From an uncultured SAR86 cluster bacterium (GTDB lineage Bacteria; Pseudomonadota; Gammaproteobacteria; Magnimaribacterales; D2472): a stretch of 64,000 nucleotides of DNA. Under the pieces are notes generated by a model, which worked only from the letters and a program-made list of their open reading frames with translations, was not told where the DNA came from and made no database searches. The stretch lies in contig CAJIYN010000002.1 in NCBI GenBank assembly GCA_905181645.1, positions 261,785-325,784 of the forward strand. Reading direction: 5' to 3'. This document shows positions 10,506-21,112 of the stretch, one piece after another (the first letter of the stretch is position 1; the number at the start of each line of letters is the position of its first letter). A program made the translations under genes and the position numbers.

Positions 10506-13500
10506 TTAATTTTTTATTATCGTTAATTTAGATTTGGTATTTTTTGCCTCAGCTTCATTCTGTACTTTTAATTTAGAGAGCATAGAAGATGCACTTAGAC
10601 CTCCTCCGCTTGATCGAGTCTTAAGATATACACTCGTAGCCTCAACATCACTATCAATTAGAGTAAAGAATTCATATTGTGATGTAACCTCAGGATACTG
10701 CTCCCAAATCTCTCCTGTGCCTCTAATATAGCCATCGCTATCAATATTGGTAGAGAAAAGCCAATAATAACTTCCTATATCAATATCACTAACGTTAAAT
10801 GTTAAGCCACCAGCACCTAGTTGAACTCTCCAACCCCTATAATAATCACCATTTTCATCATAAAGATATGCTAGTACATATCCAATCTCCGGACTAGTTC
10901 TTTCTGCACCAGATGAATATGTGAAGGTAACATTCGATTTAGTACCGTCACTTAATTCAGCAATAATGCTTCCAGTATAAGTGCCATCAGGAACTTCTCC
11001 TCTTGTAAGAGTAACTTTATAAGTTCCATAACCATCGCTATCAACATCGATTGTTGAAATTGATGTTAATGAAGAATTTGATGAAACTAATTGAGTAACA
11101 GTAAGATCGCCAGTTCCCACTTTACTTACAGTTATTATCTTTTCAGTGTCTGTATAACCAAACACAAAAGAACCAGGAGTGATGGTTGCATATGTAAAAT
11201 CAAGCCCGCCATCAATTAGATTGGTAAAGGCTTTATCAAGGTTTATTAACCCATAACCGAACTCATCATCCTTGCCTTCTGTTCCTATGTCATCAGTAAA
11301 GAAACCAGATTTAATAAATGCTTCCATTTTAATAAAATCATTGACAATACTAACTGCCAATTTTCTACTCCAAATGGAAGTCTTACCATCATAATTACTG
11401 GAGATGTAAGAGGAATAATTGACAGCCAAAAAGCAAGAATTCCATCAGACTGACCATCACCATTTAAATCAGTACCTGTAGTTCCACCTGGAGCTGCTAC
11501 ATCTACCGCATCATTGTAAGTTGAATAATATGCTCTTTGTGAAAGAGGATTAACTGCTGCAACTGAAATAACATTATCGCATGATGCAGGATAACCCTTA
11601 ATTCCAGGAGATTCTTCAGCACTATTACCAGATGAAGCAACAACAGTTACACCACTATTAGTAACATCTAGAATTGCATTTCTATAAGCTGTGCTACAGC
11701 CACCACCTATACTTCCTAAGCTCATATTTACTACTTTTATAGGTACTGAGCCTCCATAAACTTGGCCAGTAATATTAGGAAGTCCAGCGGCAAATAACAT
11801 AGAGTTTGTAACATCTGACTGTGAAGCTCCTCCACTAGGACCAAAAACCCTAAATGGAACTGTATGAATTCCAAATCCGTTTATATTATTTCCATCATTT
11901 GCCGCAGAAATAGTTGTAGCTACATGGGTTCCATGAGAGTTACTTGCAACATCAACAGCATCAGTAGGATCAAAATCATTATCAATAAAATCAAACCCGC
12001 CATCTAGGAAATGAGAAGTTGTCCATGCAGAAGATGTTATCAGTGGAGAGCCAGAATCAATTACTGCAACAGCAACATCTTTAACCTCTTGACCTGATGC
12101 ATTTAGAACTTTCTCCAAGCCCATTAATTGAAGACCCCACTGATAATCCCAGTATGTATCTTTAGTAAAACCAAGTTTTTGGTAAATCTTATTAAACTCG
12201 AGATTTAATTTAGGATTAATATTTTTATAATGCTGTAGAATTTTCCATTGTTTTAAATATAAAACTTGTTCAGAATTATTGGCTATTAAATCTTTAGAAT
12301 CTAAATATGTTTCACTTCCAAATATAGTTGAATATTCATTCTCAAGATTGAATTCAATAACTCTCAATCCCATGAAATCTGAATTATCGATATAAGAAAG
12401 TTTTTGATTTAAATCTTCATTCTGATTAAATTCAGGATATATATCCTCATAGGTATCAAGTTTACCTGAGAAGGATCTGTAAGATATAAACTCTCCTTTA
12501 ACAAAGGCGTCTTTGGAAGGAGTAAAGCTTGTACTGGATGCAGAGCCACCTGGAGCTAGCAGTAAAGTATATTTACTAGCGCCTTGATCTTTAGCAACTA
12601 CTGCATAAAAAATACCTGTATCAGGAAGGTTAATTTTTTGGTATTGCTCTGATGAGCCTACTGTATATGAGAAATCAGTTAAAACTCCATTTGAGTTATA
12701 TAAAAGAAGTGTGGCTTTGTTAGTAACTGTTGAAACATTTCCATCAGCATCAGTAACCTCTTCTTGATAATCTTCAATTGCTAATTCAATTTGAAGTCCT
12801 GGAACTGTATTTAATTTATACCAATCTTCTGGATCAATTGTCTGAAGAGCTGTGATAACAGCATTCCCCTCTGCATCAAAAATAACATTACCATCTTCGT
12901 CTCTACTATAAACATCTATAAGCTTGTCTCCAATAAAACCAGTAACCTCACTAGGGGTTATTAATGCTTTAGCATCCTCAATTACGTCATTAGGTGTTTT
13001 TGTGTAACCCACTCCATTATTCATTGGTGTTGGCACATCCCCATCTAAGACTGTTGTATTAGAGGTAAGAATGGTTTGTGTTAACGAGAAGGTATCTTTT
13101 AAATCTGTAACCTGAACTGTAAGATTTTGTTCTCTTGTTAAGCTATTGGTGGTGTCTGTTACTGAAAAAGTAAGTTCGTAGTTATTATCAGCATCAGCAT
13201 CTGTTGGACCTTCATAATTGGCGCCTTCCAGAGCATTAAATCTTAAGAAGCCGTTAGAGCCAAGTAAAAATTCAGCTGCATCAACACCAGTCATGGTTAC
13301 ACTTCCAAAGTCATCACCCTCAGGATCGGCAACTTCTAAAGTTAGAACAGTATTATCATTTTCCTCTATTAAGAAAATAGCAGGAAGGCCTACAAACTCT
13401 GGTGCCTCTGAAACATCAGTAATAATTATGCTAACTGCTTGGGCAACTTCATTACTTCCATCAGAAATAACAACATTAATTTCATATGTATTATTTGTAT

Positions 13501-14092
13501 TAGCATCTGTTGGAACTTCATAATTAGATGTAGCTGCAAAAGCTAAAACTCCACCTGTTGATAGAGTAAAGTCATCCGCATCATCACCAGTAAGTGAGAA
13601 TGTTATTGCATTGCCATCGGGATCTGAAGCGCTAACAGTAACAACATCAATGGTATTTTCTTCTAGCGTATAAGAGGACTCTAAATCAGAGAATGTTGGA
13701 GGATCATTTGTTTCAAGAACAGTAACAGTTCCTGATTTTGTTGATGTATTAACTGAATCATCTGCTTTTACAGTAAATTCATATACGTTATCACCATCAG
13801 TATCAGTTGGTGATGCAAAGGAAGGGCTTGAATTAAATACTATGACTCCTTCTGAAGAAATAGATAACGCTGCAGCATCTGCACCAATAAGTGAAAGCGT
13901 TGGGGTGTCGCCATCAGCATCTGTAACTGTTACTGTTAAGACTGAAGTTTGTCCGTTAGAAACTTCTGTATTTGCAGCAAAGTCTGCAATAACAGGAGCA
14001 TTGTCAATAGGCGTATAAACATTAATAGGAATAGTTTATTTAAGGTTAAACCTATTATAAATAGGAATAATAATTTTGTGTTATTTTTATAA
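10506..14092 (-). CDS. giant secreted protein: cadherin-like repeats + PPC domain + subtilisin (S8) peptidase + C-terminal beta domains (frameshifted; start not resolved)
   Basis: Three to four cadherin-like repeats (..DADGDTPTLSL.., ..PTDTDGDNVYEF..). PPC-like DPEDWYKL...GIFYAVV...KYTLLL. S8 motifs VAVIDSGS (Asp) and SHGTHVATT (His); GYGLINLDKA at the domain end. The frame changes near 11290-11430. Confidence 0.8.
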
Positions 14093-17050
14093 TAACTCGG
14101 CTTCAGTTAATGCAAAGTCAGCTGCATCTGACTCCAGCTAGAGTTGTACTGAAAGTAGGTGTTGATCCATCTGCATCAGTAGCTGTAACTGTTCCAATAG
14201 CTGTTTGGTTTTCCGCAGCGCTAAATGAAGCAGATGAAGTAAATACTGGTGAATTATCATTTAAGTTATTAATACTTACTGTAATATTTTGTGTAGCTGA
14301 AGCTACACCATCACTCACAGTAATAGTTGCTGTATATGAAGATTTAGTTTCATAGTCAGGTGCTGATGCAAAGGTTAAGACGCCTGCATCTGTAATAAGC
14401 AGCTCTGATCCCGATACGCTAAAGCTTAACGAGCTATCATCAGCATCACTTGCTGTAACTGTAGCTATGGAAGTTTGATTTTCATCTGCGCTCAAGCTTG
14501 TAGAAGATGTGAATACTGGTGCATTGTCATTTAAGTTATTTACATTAACAGTTATAGCTTGTGTAGCCGACAGATCACCATCAGATGCAGTAACTGTTGC
14601 TGAATATGATGTTTTTGTTTCATAGTCAGGAGCTGTTATAAAAGACAAAGTTCCATCTGAGGTTAAGGCTAAATCTGATCCTGAAACACTAAATGTTATA
14701 GATGAGCTATCAACATCATCTGCTGTAACTGAACCAATAGTTGTTTGATTTTCATCTGCATCAAAACTCGCTAAAGAAGTAAAGGTTGGCATCTCATTAA
14801 CATCGGTAACATTTACAGTAATACTTTGAGTAGATGAATTAATTCCATCTGTTGCTGTGAGAGTTGCTGTGTATGAAGGAGTTGTTTCAAAATCAGGCGC
14901 TGTTACAAAAGTAATAACACCTCCTGAAGTTACGGCTAGATCTGTCCCTGAAATGCTGAATGTTATAGATGAGCTATCAACATCTGTTGCAGATCGCAGT
15001 TCCAATAGTTGTTTGATTTTCTGGTGCACTAAAGGTTGCAGAAGATGTAATCACAGGAGCGACATCATCCACATCTGTAATTGCTACTGATATAGCTTGA
15101 GTAATAGTGGTTGCTCCATCAGTTACTGTTACAGTGGCAGAATAGCTTGTTGTTGTTTCATAATCAGGTGCTGTTACAAAAGTTAGGATTCCTGATGAGG
15201 TTATAGCTAGCTCAGAACCAGTAATTGAGAATGTTAATGAAAGATTATCAGCATCAGAAGCTGTAACAGTGCCAATGGTTGTCTGATTTTCAGCAGCACT
15301 AAAACTGGCTAAAGAAGTAAATACTGGAGGGTTATCATTTAAGTTGTTGATACTTACTGTTAGATTCTGATCAGTTGTAGCAATTTCACCTGTAGCTGAA
15401 ACTATAACTGAGTAAGTAGATTTTGTTTCATAGTCAGTTGCTGAATTGAATACCAACACTCCAGAACTAGAATCAAGAGTCATTACACTAGCGTCAGTTC
15501 CTGAAAGCGCGTAGCTGACAACTGCATCGAACGGATCGACTGCTAATACTGTACCAATTTCAGTTTGATTCTCATCAGCATTTAGAGTTGCTGGTGTAGA
15601 GAAAACTGGGCCCTCAACATCAACATCAGAAATGTTTACCTGAATATCTTGATCAGTTGTATTTACTCCATCAGAAGCAGTAACTTTTGCTGAGAATGAA
15701 GCTAGAGTTTCAAAATCTGGTCTTTGGCTAAATGTTAAAGCTCCTGAGTTAGAGGCGCTTATTGTAGGAAAGCTGTTAGAACTTGAGCTTACATCGCTAC
15801 CCATTCCAGGATGAACGCTACAGTAATAATATAAAGCTGCAGGTGTATCTGCAGATACTGTGATAAGAGTAACTCCATCTGTTGAAGTATCAACACCGGC
15901 TGTATAAGCCTCACCACTAGCATGCGTTCCATCAGAAGTTGTTGAAAATCTAAATGGGTGAGCTGTTGGATGTTCGAGTCTATAAGTTTTACCAACTTCA
16001 AGGAAAAGTTGTTTCTTTTGGGCTCCACTAATTACATAAACATTGCCAGAGCCACTTGCATTAGCGGCTACAGATACTTCTATTTTTTGAGTAACAGAGT
16101 TATCTACAGAATAGGTAATTGTATCTCCATTATCAGCGTCAGTAGTTGTAACTGAACCAATATCTAATTGATTTTCGGGTATGCTAAATGTTGTTTCAGA
16201 TGTAAATACAGGAGCATTATCATTAACATCGATAACGCTTACAGTAATATCCTGAGAACCTGAATTTACTCCATCTGATGCAGTAACCGTTGCTGAATAT
16301 GAAGTTTTGGTTTCATAATCAGGAATATCTACAAATGATAAAACTCCATCAGATGTAATTGATAGCTCAGAACCAGAAATGCTATATGTCAGTGACTGGG
16401 TGTCAGCATCTGTCGCTACAACAGTACCAATTGAAGATTGATTTTCATTTGCGCTAAACGTTGATGAAGAAGTGAAATTAGTTGGGTTGTCATCTAAGTT
16501 CGTTATATCAATAGTTATATTTTCAGTTAACTGATTTAGACCATCGGATACCGTTACCGCAGTTGTATATGATGATTTTGTTTCATAATCTGGAGCAACT
16601 AAAAATGTTAATAATCCTCCATTTGAAATAGATACTTCAGAAAAACTGTGAAAGTTACACTATCCTCATCAGCATCAGAAGCAGTTACTGTTCCAATAGC
16701 AGTTTGGTTTTCAGCAGCACTAAAGGTAATAAAGCAATAACAGGATTATTATCATTAAGATTATTTAAGTTAACTATTACATCTTTACTTAATGTATCTA
16801 TTCCATCTGTAACAGAGACAGTTATGGCATATGAGCTTTGCTGCTCATAATCCGGTGATGATGCAAAACTTAAAACATTTTCAGAAGATAAATTGAAACT
16901 TGTAGCATCTGCTCCATTGATTGAAACCGTAAGAGGCTCACTTTCTGCATCACTTACATCAATACTGGTAACTGCTGTCTGATTTTCGTCAACTGTATAA
17001 TTTGTAAGTAAATTATTAAAAGTTGGGGCATCGTTCACAGAAGTAACAGT
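13100..17050 (-). repeat. tandem coding repeats of about 300 nt (cadherin-like, about 100 aa each), roughly 13 units across both giant genes
   Basis: Recurrent F(T/S)S..F.A.ENQT.IGTVTA.DAD...L(T/S)FS.SG..L....G.L.F...PDYE.K.SY...VT..DG.....Q.I.V.I.NLNDN.P(V)F. Units are diverged at the nucleotide level. Confidence 0.85.
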
Positions 17051-18465
17051 AATTAATATACTTGAAATAGAAGTTTGTCCTGCCTGGTTTAAAGTATATT
17101 TAATCTTCGATCGCTTAAAATTATCATTTGGTGAATAGGTTACAACATTATTTAGAATACTTATTGAGCCACTTGAAGCTGCACCTGCAGTTAAAGTAAC
17201 TGGCAAGGATGTCTGATAGGAATCATTTGCTAGAACATTTAATGTTACAGAAGTATCTTCAGCTGTAGTTGCTGAATCGGCTAATGATGCAACGAGATCA
17301 TTCACATCCACATTTTGATCAGTGGCAACATAATTAAGAATATCTGTTTGATAACTAACAAGAGTTGCATCCGAAGCTGTTCCATTGGCTATTGCTTGAG
17401 CATCTGTTTGTAGGGTACTGGTTGCAAAATCAAATATAGCAGTCGTATTCTCATTATTTGCTTTGACTTGAACTACAGGAAGCACAGCAGCTAGAGCACT
17501 TATAGTATTAGCTTTATTTGTGGCATCTAAGGTTAAAGATTTAGATTCAACAACATTATTTAGAACTTTAGTTATAAAAGCTTCCGTTTCAATATTAACT
17601 CTGGTTTCAGTAGCTGTATATTCTGTATCAAGCTCTTCGGCTATAGCTTTAAAATAATCCTGAGTAGTCTCAGTTGTGGTATTCAGATTATTCGTAATAT
17701 TTTGCAGTGCGTAAGCAAGAATTGTGAGCTGGTTACCTTTTTCATATAGATAATCATTGATGCCGCCATCACCCTTTCCTACAACCGGATCAACAACACT
17801 AATATCAAGACTTGAATCTATACCAAGAGCTGCATTAACTAGACTGGCATCAGTCATAAATGCTGCAACTGAGGTAACTGGAGTAACAGCTTTAAAATCT
17901 GAGTGACCAGTCAGTTTATGAACAATTAAAAGATTATCTAAAGCATTACCAGAATCAAGATCGGTTCCACCTAAACTAATCAGATTTCCATCTGAGTATT
18001 TAATGGTGAATTTACCATCATTATCTGAAGTTGTTGAATCTTCATCACCATCAGCAGTATAGGAATCATTGGTATCAATAAAAATATCAGCTTGACGAAT
18101 ATAACCATCAACAGAAACACCATCAGTATTTCTATAACCTTCAACGATAGCTGAAGCAGATGCAGAGCCGCCAGCACCAGTACAATTAATTCCAAAAGTA
18201 TTATCACCTGGAGTCGAGATAGTTACATCCTCAGTTCCACTAATAGCTTTAGTACCTGTCCAGGTTCCAGAAGCAGAACATGAAGTCGCATTAGTAGAAG
18301 ACCAAGTTAAGGTAATAACCGTATCAAGAATAACAGAAGAAGATGATGCGGAAAGGCTTGCAGTTGGACTTGGTTCTGGTGCTGGACGCCACCGCCACCC
18401 CCGCCACCGCCACATGAAGCTATAAATACTAAAGTTACTTCATCTATTAAATTATTTTTAAACAT
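14087..18465 (-). CDS. giant surface lipoprotein with Ig-like N-terminal domain, about 10 cadherin-like repeats and an embedded cupredoxin-like module (about 5 frameshifts)
   Basis: GGAG 8 nt upstream of ATG 18465. MFKNNLIDEVTLVFIASCGGGGGGGG is a lipobox plus poly-Gly linker. The frame slips in the G-run and continues PAPEPSPTASLSASSSSVILDTVITLTWSSTNATSC..., then into the repeats. Breaks lie near 16735, 16645, 15000 and 14100. Confidence 0.8.
15799..16044 (-). other. cupredoxin-like (type-1 copper) module embedded in the giant lipoprotein
   Basis: My own codon-by-codon translation: NVYVISGAQKKQLFLEVGKTYRLEHPTAHPFRFSTTSDGTHASGEAYTAGVDTSTDGVTLITVSADTPAALYYYCSVHPGMG. His(HPF), then 46 aa, then Cys-x2-His-x2-Met. 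Confidence 0.6.
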
Positions 18466-18502
18466 AAAAAAGACTCCTGTAAGCCTGATATTTTAGAAAA
18501 TT

Positions 18503-18898
18503 TTATAAGTAATAGTCTATCTTATTTTTTCGGTTTTTGTGTGCAAAACATACCAAAATAAGGAGACATAATTCAAGCATCCAAGAGTAAAAAGTAAAAG
18601 TAAGATAACCTTCATAAAAAAGACTAATAATTCTTCCAATATTGATGCAAACCAGGATATATATGATTACTGATGAAACCGTTACGTTTGATGATGAAGT
18701 AAGAAATCTAAGTAATAAATAGCCAAATGCTAGCAAAGATCCGCCAAAAACAGCCCTTAGCTCACCTGCAGTCTCCAGATTGTTAATAGTGAAGGGAAAT
18801 ACAGTTGAAGATAGGTCGCTTTTTAACATTATGTAACAACCCATAAGTAGAAAAAAACAAGTAAATAAACCTAATAAGAATTTAACTATTTTTTCCAT
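18503..18898 (-). CDS. DUF4345-like membrane protein
   Basis: 131 aa, 4 TM helices, GELRAVFGGSLLAFG motif (compare the paralog at 7211-7633). Confidence 0.55.
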   Translation of the reverse strand: MEKIVKFLLGLFTCFFLLMGCYIMLKSDLSSTVFPFTINNLETAGELRAVFGGSLLAFGYLLLRFLTSSSNVTVSSVIIYILVCINIGRIISLFYEGYLTFTFYSWMLELCLLILVCFAHKNRKNKIDYYL

Positions 18899-19107
18899 TA
18901 AATAGCTCCCAGCATCTTGAGTGCAAGAAGAAATGAAACAAAGCCAAGAGCAATCCAGAAATACATTTCTTTGGGATTCTGAAATCTATAAGAATTTATA
19001 GCTTTAATACAACAAAAAATAGGTGCAAAAACTATCACCCCATAGCCTATTAATATAGCTAAGGGTATAAAAGCTAAAAAGAGAAAAAGATAGTAATTTA
19101 CTAATCT
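18898..19107 (-). CDS. possible small 2-TM membrane protein (start codon unclear)
   Basis: 69 open codons (..LFLFLAFIPLAILIGYGVIVFAPIFCC...YFWIALGFVSFLLALKMLGAI). The stop overlaps the next ATG as TAATG. No in-frame ATG upstream; only an internal GTG. Confidence 0.3.
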   Translation of the reverse strand, partial: RLVNYYLFLFLAFIPLAILIGYGVIVFAPIFCCIKAINSYRFQNPKEMYFWIALGFVSFLLALKMLGAI

Positions 19108-19890
19108 TTATTAAAAACGCTTCTCATTACAATTTGTATGATATCCGGAGTTCCAGAAGTTGGTTTAATTAGTTCAACTGGTGTATACTCAACTTCTTCA
19201 ATTATCTCTAAATCGACCAAACTATTATTATTATTTGTAGATGGGTTATTTGAGGTAATAATTGATGCTTTCAGCAATCTAATTTCATTTTGTAACTGAA
19301 GTATGACTGCATTATTTTGTTTTCTATAGTTATTAAAGGCTTGAATAGACTCTTCCATTAGTAATATATCGGTATTTAATGATTTAATATCTTTTTGTAG
19401 TTGAGGAAGTGATTTAAGTGTGGACGCTACTAATTCTAATTGTTTAATGTGATCGTTAAGTATAGAAACAAAATTTGGTATGGAACGATTTATCAGAGGG
19501 TTTTTAGATTTAAGCTTATTTTTTAACTACTGAATCATATTTTATAGTTTCCTCAATTTTAACTTTGTTTCTTTTATTACTTAGGTCCCAAAGCTTCCTT
19601 ATCTCTTTATCTAAGAACTGTAGTTGCGATGCAACACCAGTCATAGAGTCAGCATTGACTGAATCAACAATGCTTAATTGTTCCTCTAGTAAAGCAATTC
19701 TATCTTCGTAACTATTTACAAGCTCTTGACTACTGGTTGAGATTTGATTGACCCATAAAGCCAGGGCCATAATGCTTGAAAGCATAAGAACAAATACAAA
19801 ACCTAAAAATAAGCCACCAGTTTGCTGACGTTTATCTAAATAATTACTATCTTCCTTGTTTACTTTTATTTGTGAATCTTGGATTGTCAT
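19101..19890 (-). CDS. membrane-anchored coiled-coil protein, unknown function (one frameshift near 19516)
   Basis: N-terminal TM (GGLFLGFVFVLMLSSIMALALWV) followed by heptad-rich sequence. The frame stays open upstream of ORF 19101-19358 as far as 19515. Confidence 0.5.
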
Positions 19891-19982
19891 CTTTATTTAA
19901 ATGAATATAAGTTTAATGAAAATATAGTAATTAGAATTATATTCTATTACCATTTATTAACATTATATTACTATAAAAAATT

Positions 19983-21101
19983 ATGAATTTAGATTTTTCA
20001 AATGACCAAAAAGTTCTTCATGATGAGGCTCGAAAGTTGTCTAATGGACCAAGAGGGTTCATCTTAAAAGAAATAGATCGGTACTGGATGATAAAAATAG
20101 TCTAGATAAAGAGTTGTGGGAAGATTATGCTGATGGGATGGACTGGCATCAGAATTCCAGAAGAGTATGAAGGATTAGGTTTGGGACATTTAGAGCTTTG
20201 CGTGGTTGCTGAGGAGCTTGGTAGATCTCTAGCTCCAGTGCCCTTCTCGTCATCTGTATACCTCTTTACCGAGGCAATCATTAAATATGCAAGTGAAGAA
20301 ATCAAACAAGAGATATTACCCAAGCTTGTTTCAGGGGAATGTGTTGGAACCCTTGCGGTGACTGAAGATTTACTTGCTCCTACTGAAAATAATATAAGCG
20401 TTACATCTTTAAATGAAGAGATTAATGGTAAAAAGATTGCTGTTCCAGATGCTGGAATTGCAACTCATGCAATCGTTGTTTGCAGAGGTGATAGCGGGAT
20501 TGAGTTAAGGCTTGTTGATCTCAATCAATCAAGTTGTAATATTGATAACCAAGAAAATATTGACGAAAGTAGAGGTCATTTCTCTATTGATTTTACAAAT
20601 ACCAAGAGTCAAATAGTTGGTGAAGCCGGAAATGGTTGGGAATTATTACAAAGTATTTTAAATCAAGCTGCAGTTTTATTTAGTTTTGAACAAATTGGTG
20701 GCTCTCAAGCCTCATTAGATATGGCAACAAGTTATGCAAAAGAGAGATTTGCATTTGGACGAGCAATTGGATCATACCAAGCTATTAAACATAAGCTTGC
20801 AGATATGTATATATCAATAACTCTTGCAAAATCTAACTCTTTTTATGGAGCATGGGCACTCTTAACAGATTCATCAGAATTAGATGATGCAAAAATGGGA
20901 TGAAATTTTAGATGCATTTAATTATGCTGCCCAAGAAAATATTCAAACACATGGTGGTAATGGTTATACTTGGGAGTATGACTGTCACCTTTTTTAAGTT
21001 TAGATTTATTAATATCCTCTTTAAATATAGGATCATTATCTACATGGAAAGAAAAGCTAGTCAGCGGTTTAGAGAAATCAAACTTAGTTAATTCAAATTA
21101 A
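19983..21101 (+). CDS. acyl-CoA dehydrogenase family protein (several frameshifts)
   Basis: MNLDFSNDQKVLHDEARKL.. start; GIRIPEEYEGLGLG; ERFAFGRAIGSYQAIKHKLADM; ..THGGNGYTWEYDCHLF.. in shifted frames up to the stop at 21099-21101. Confidence 0.75.
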
Positions 21102-21112
21102 AGGGGTATTCA

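Noticed and set aside
13100-17050. Strong 300-nt periodicity that could be mistaken for a CRISPR array or satellite repeat
   Set aside because: The units are about 100-codon cadherin-like protein repeats in a continuous minus-strand reading frame and are diverged at the DNA level. There is no short conserved repeat with unique spacers, and no cas genes.
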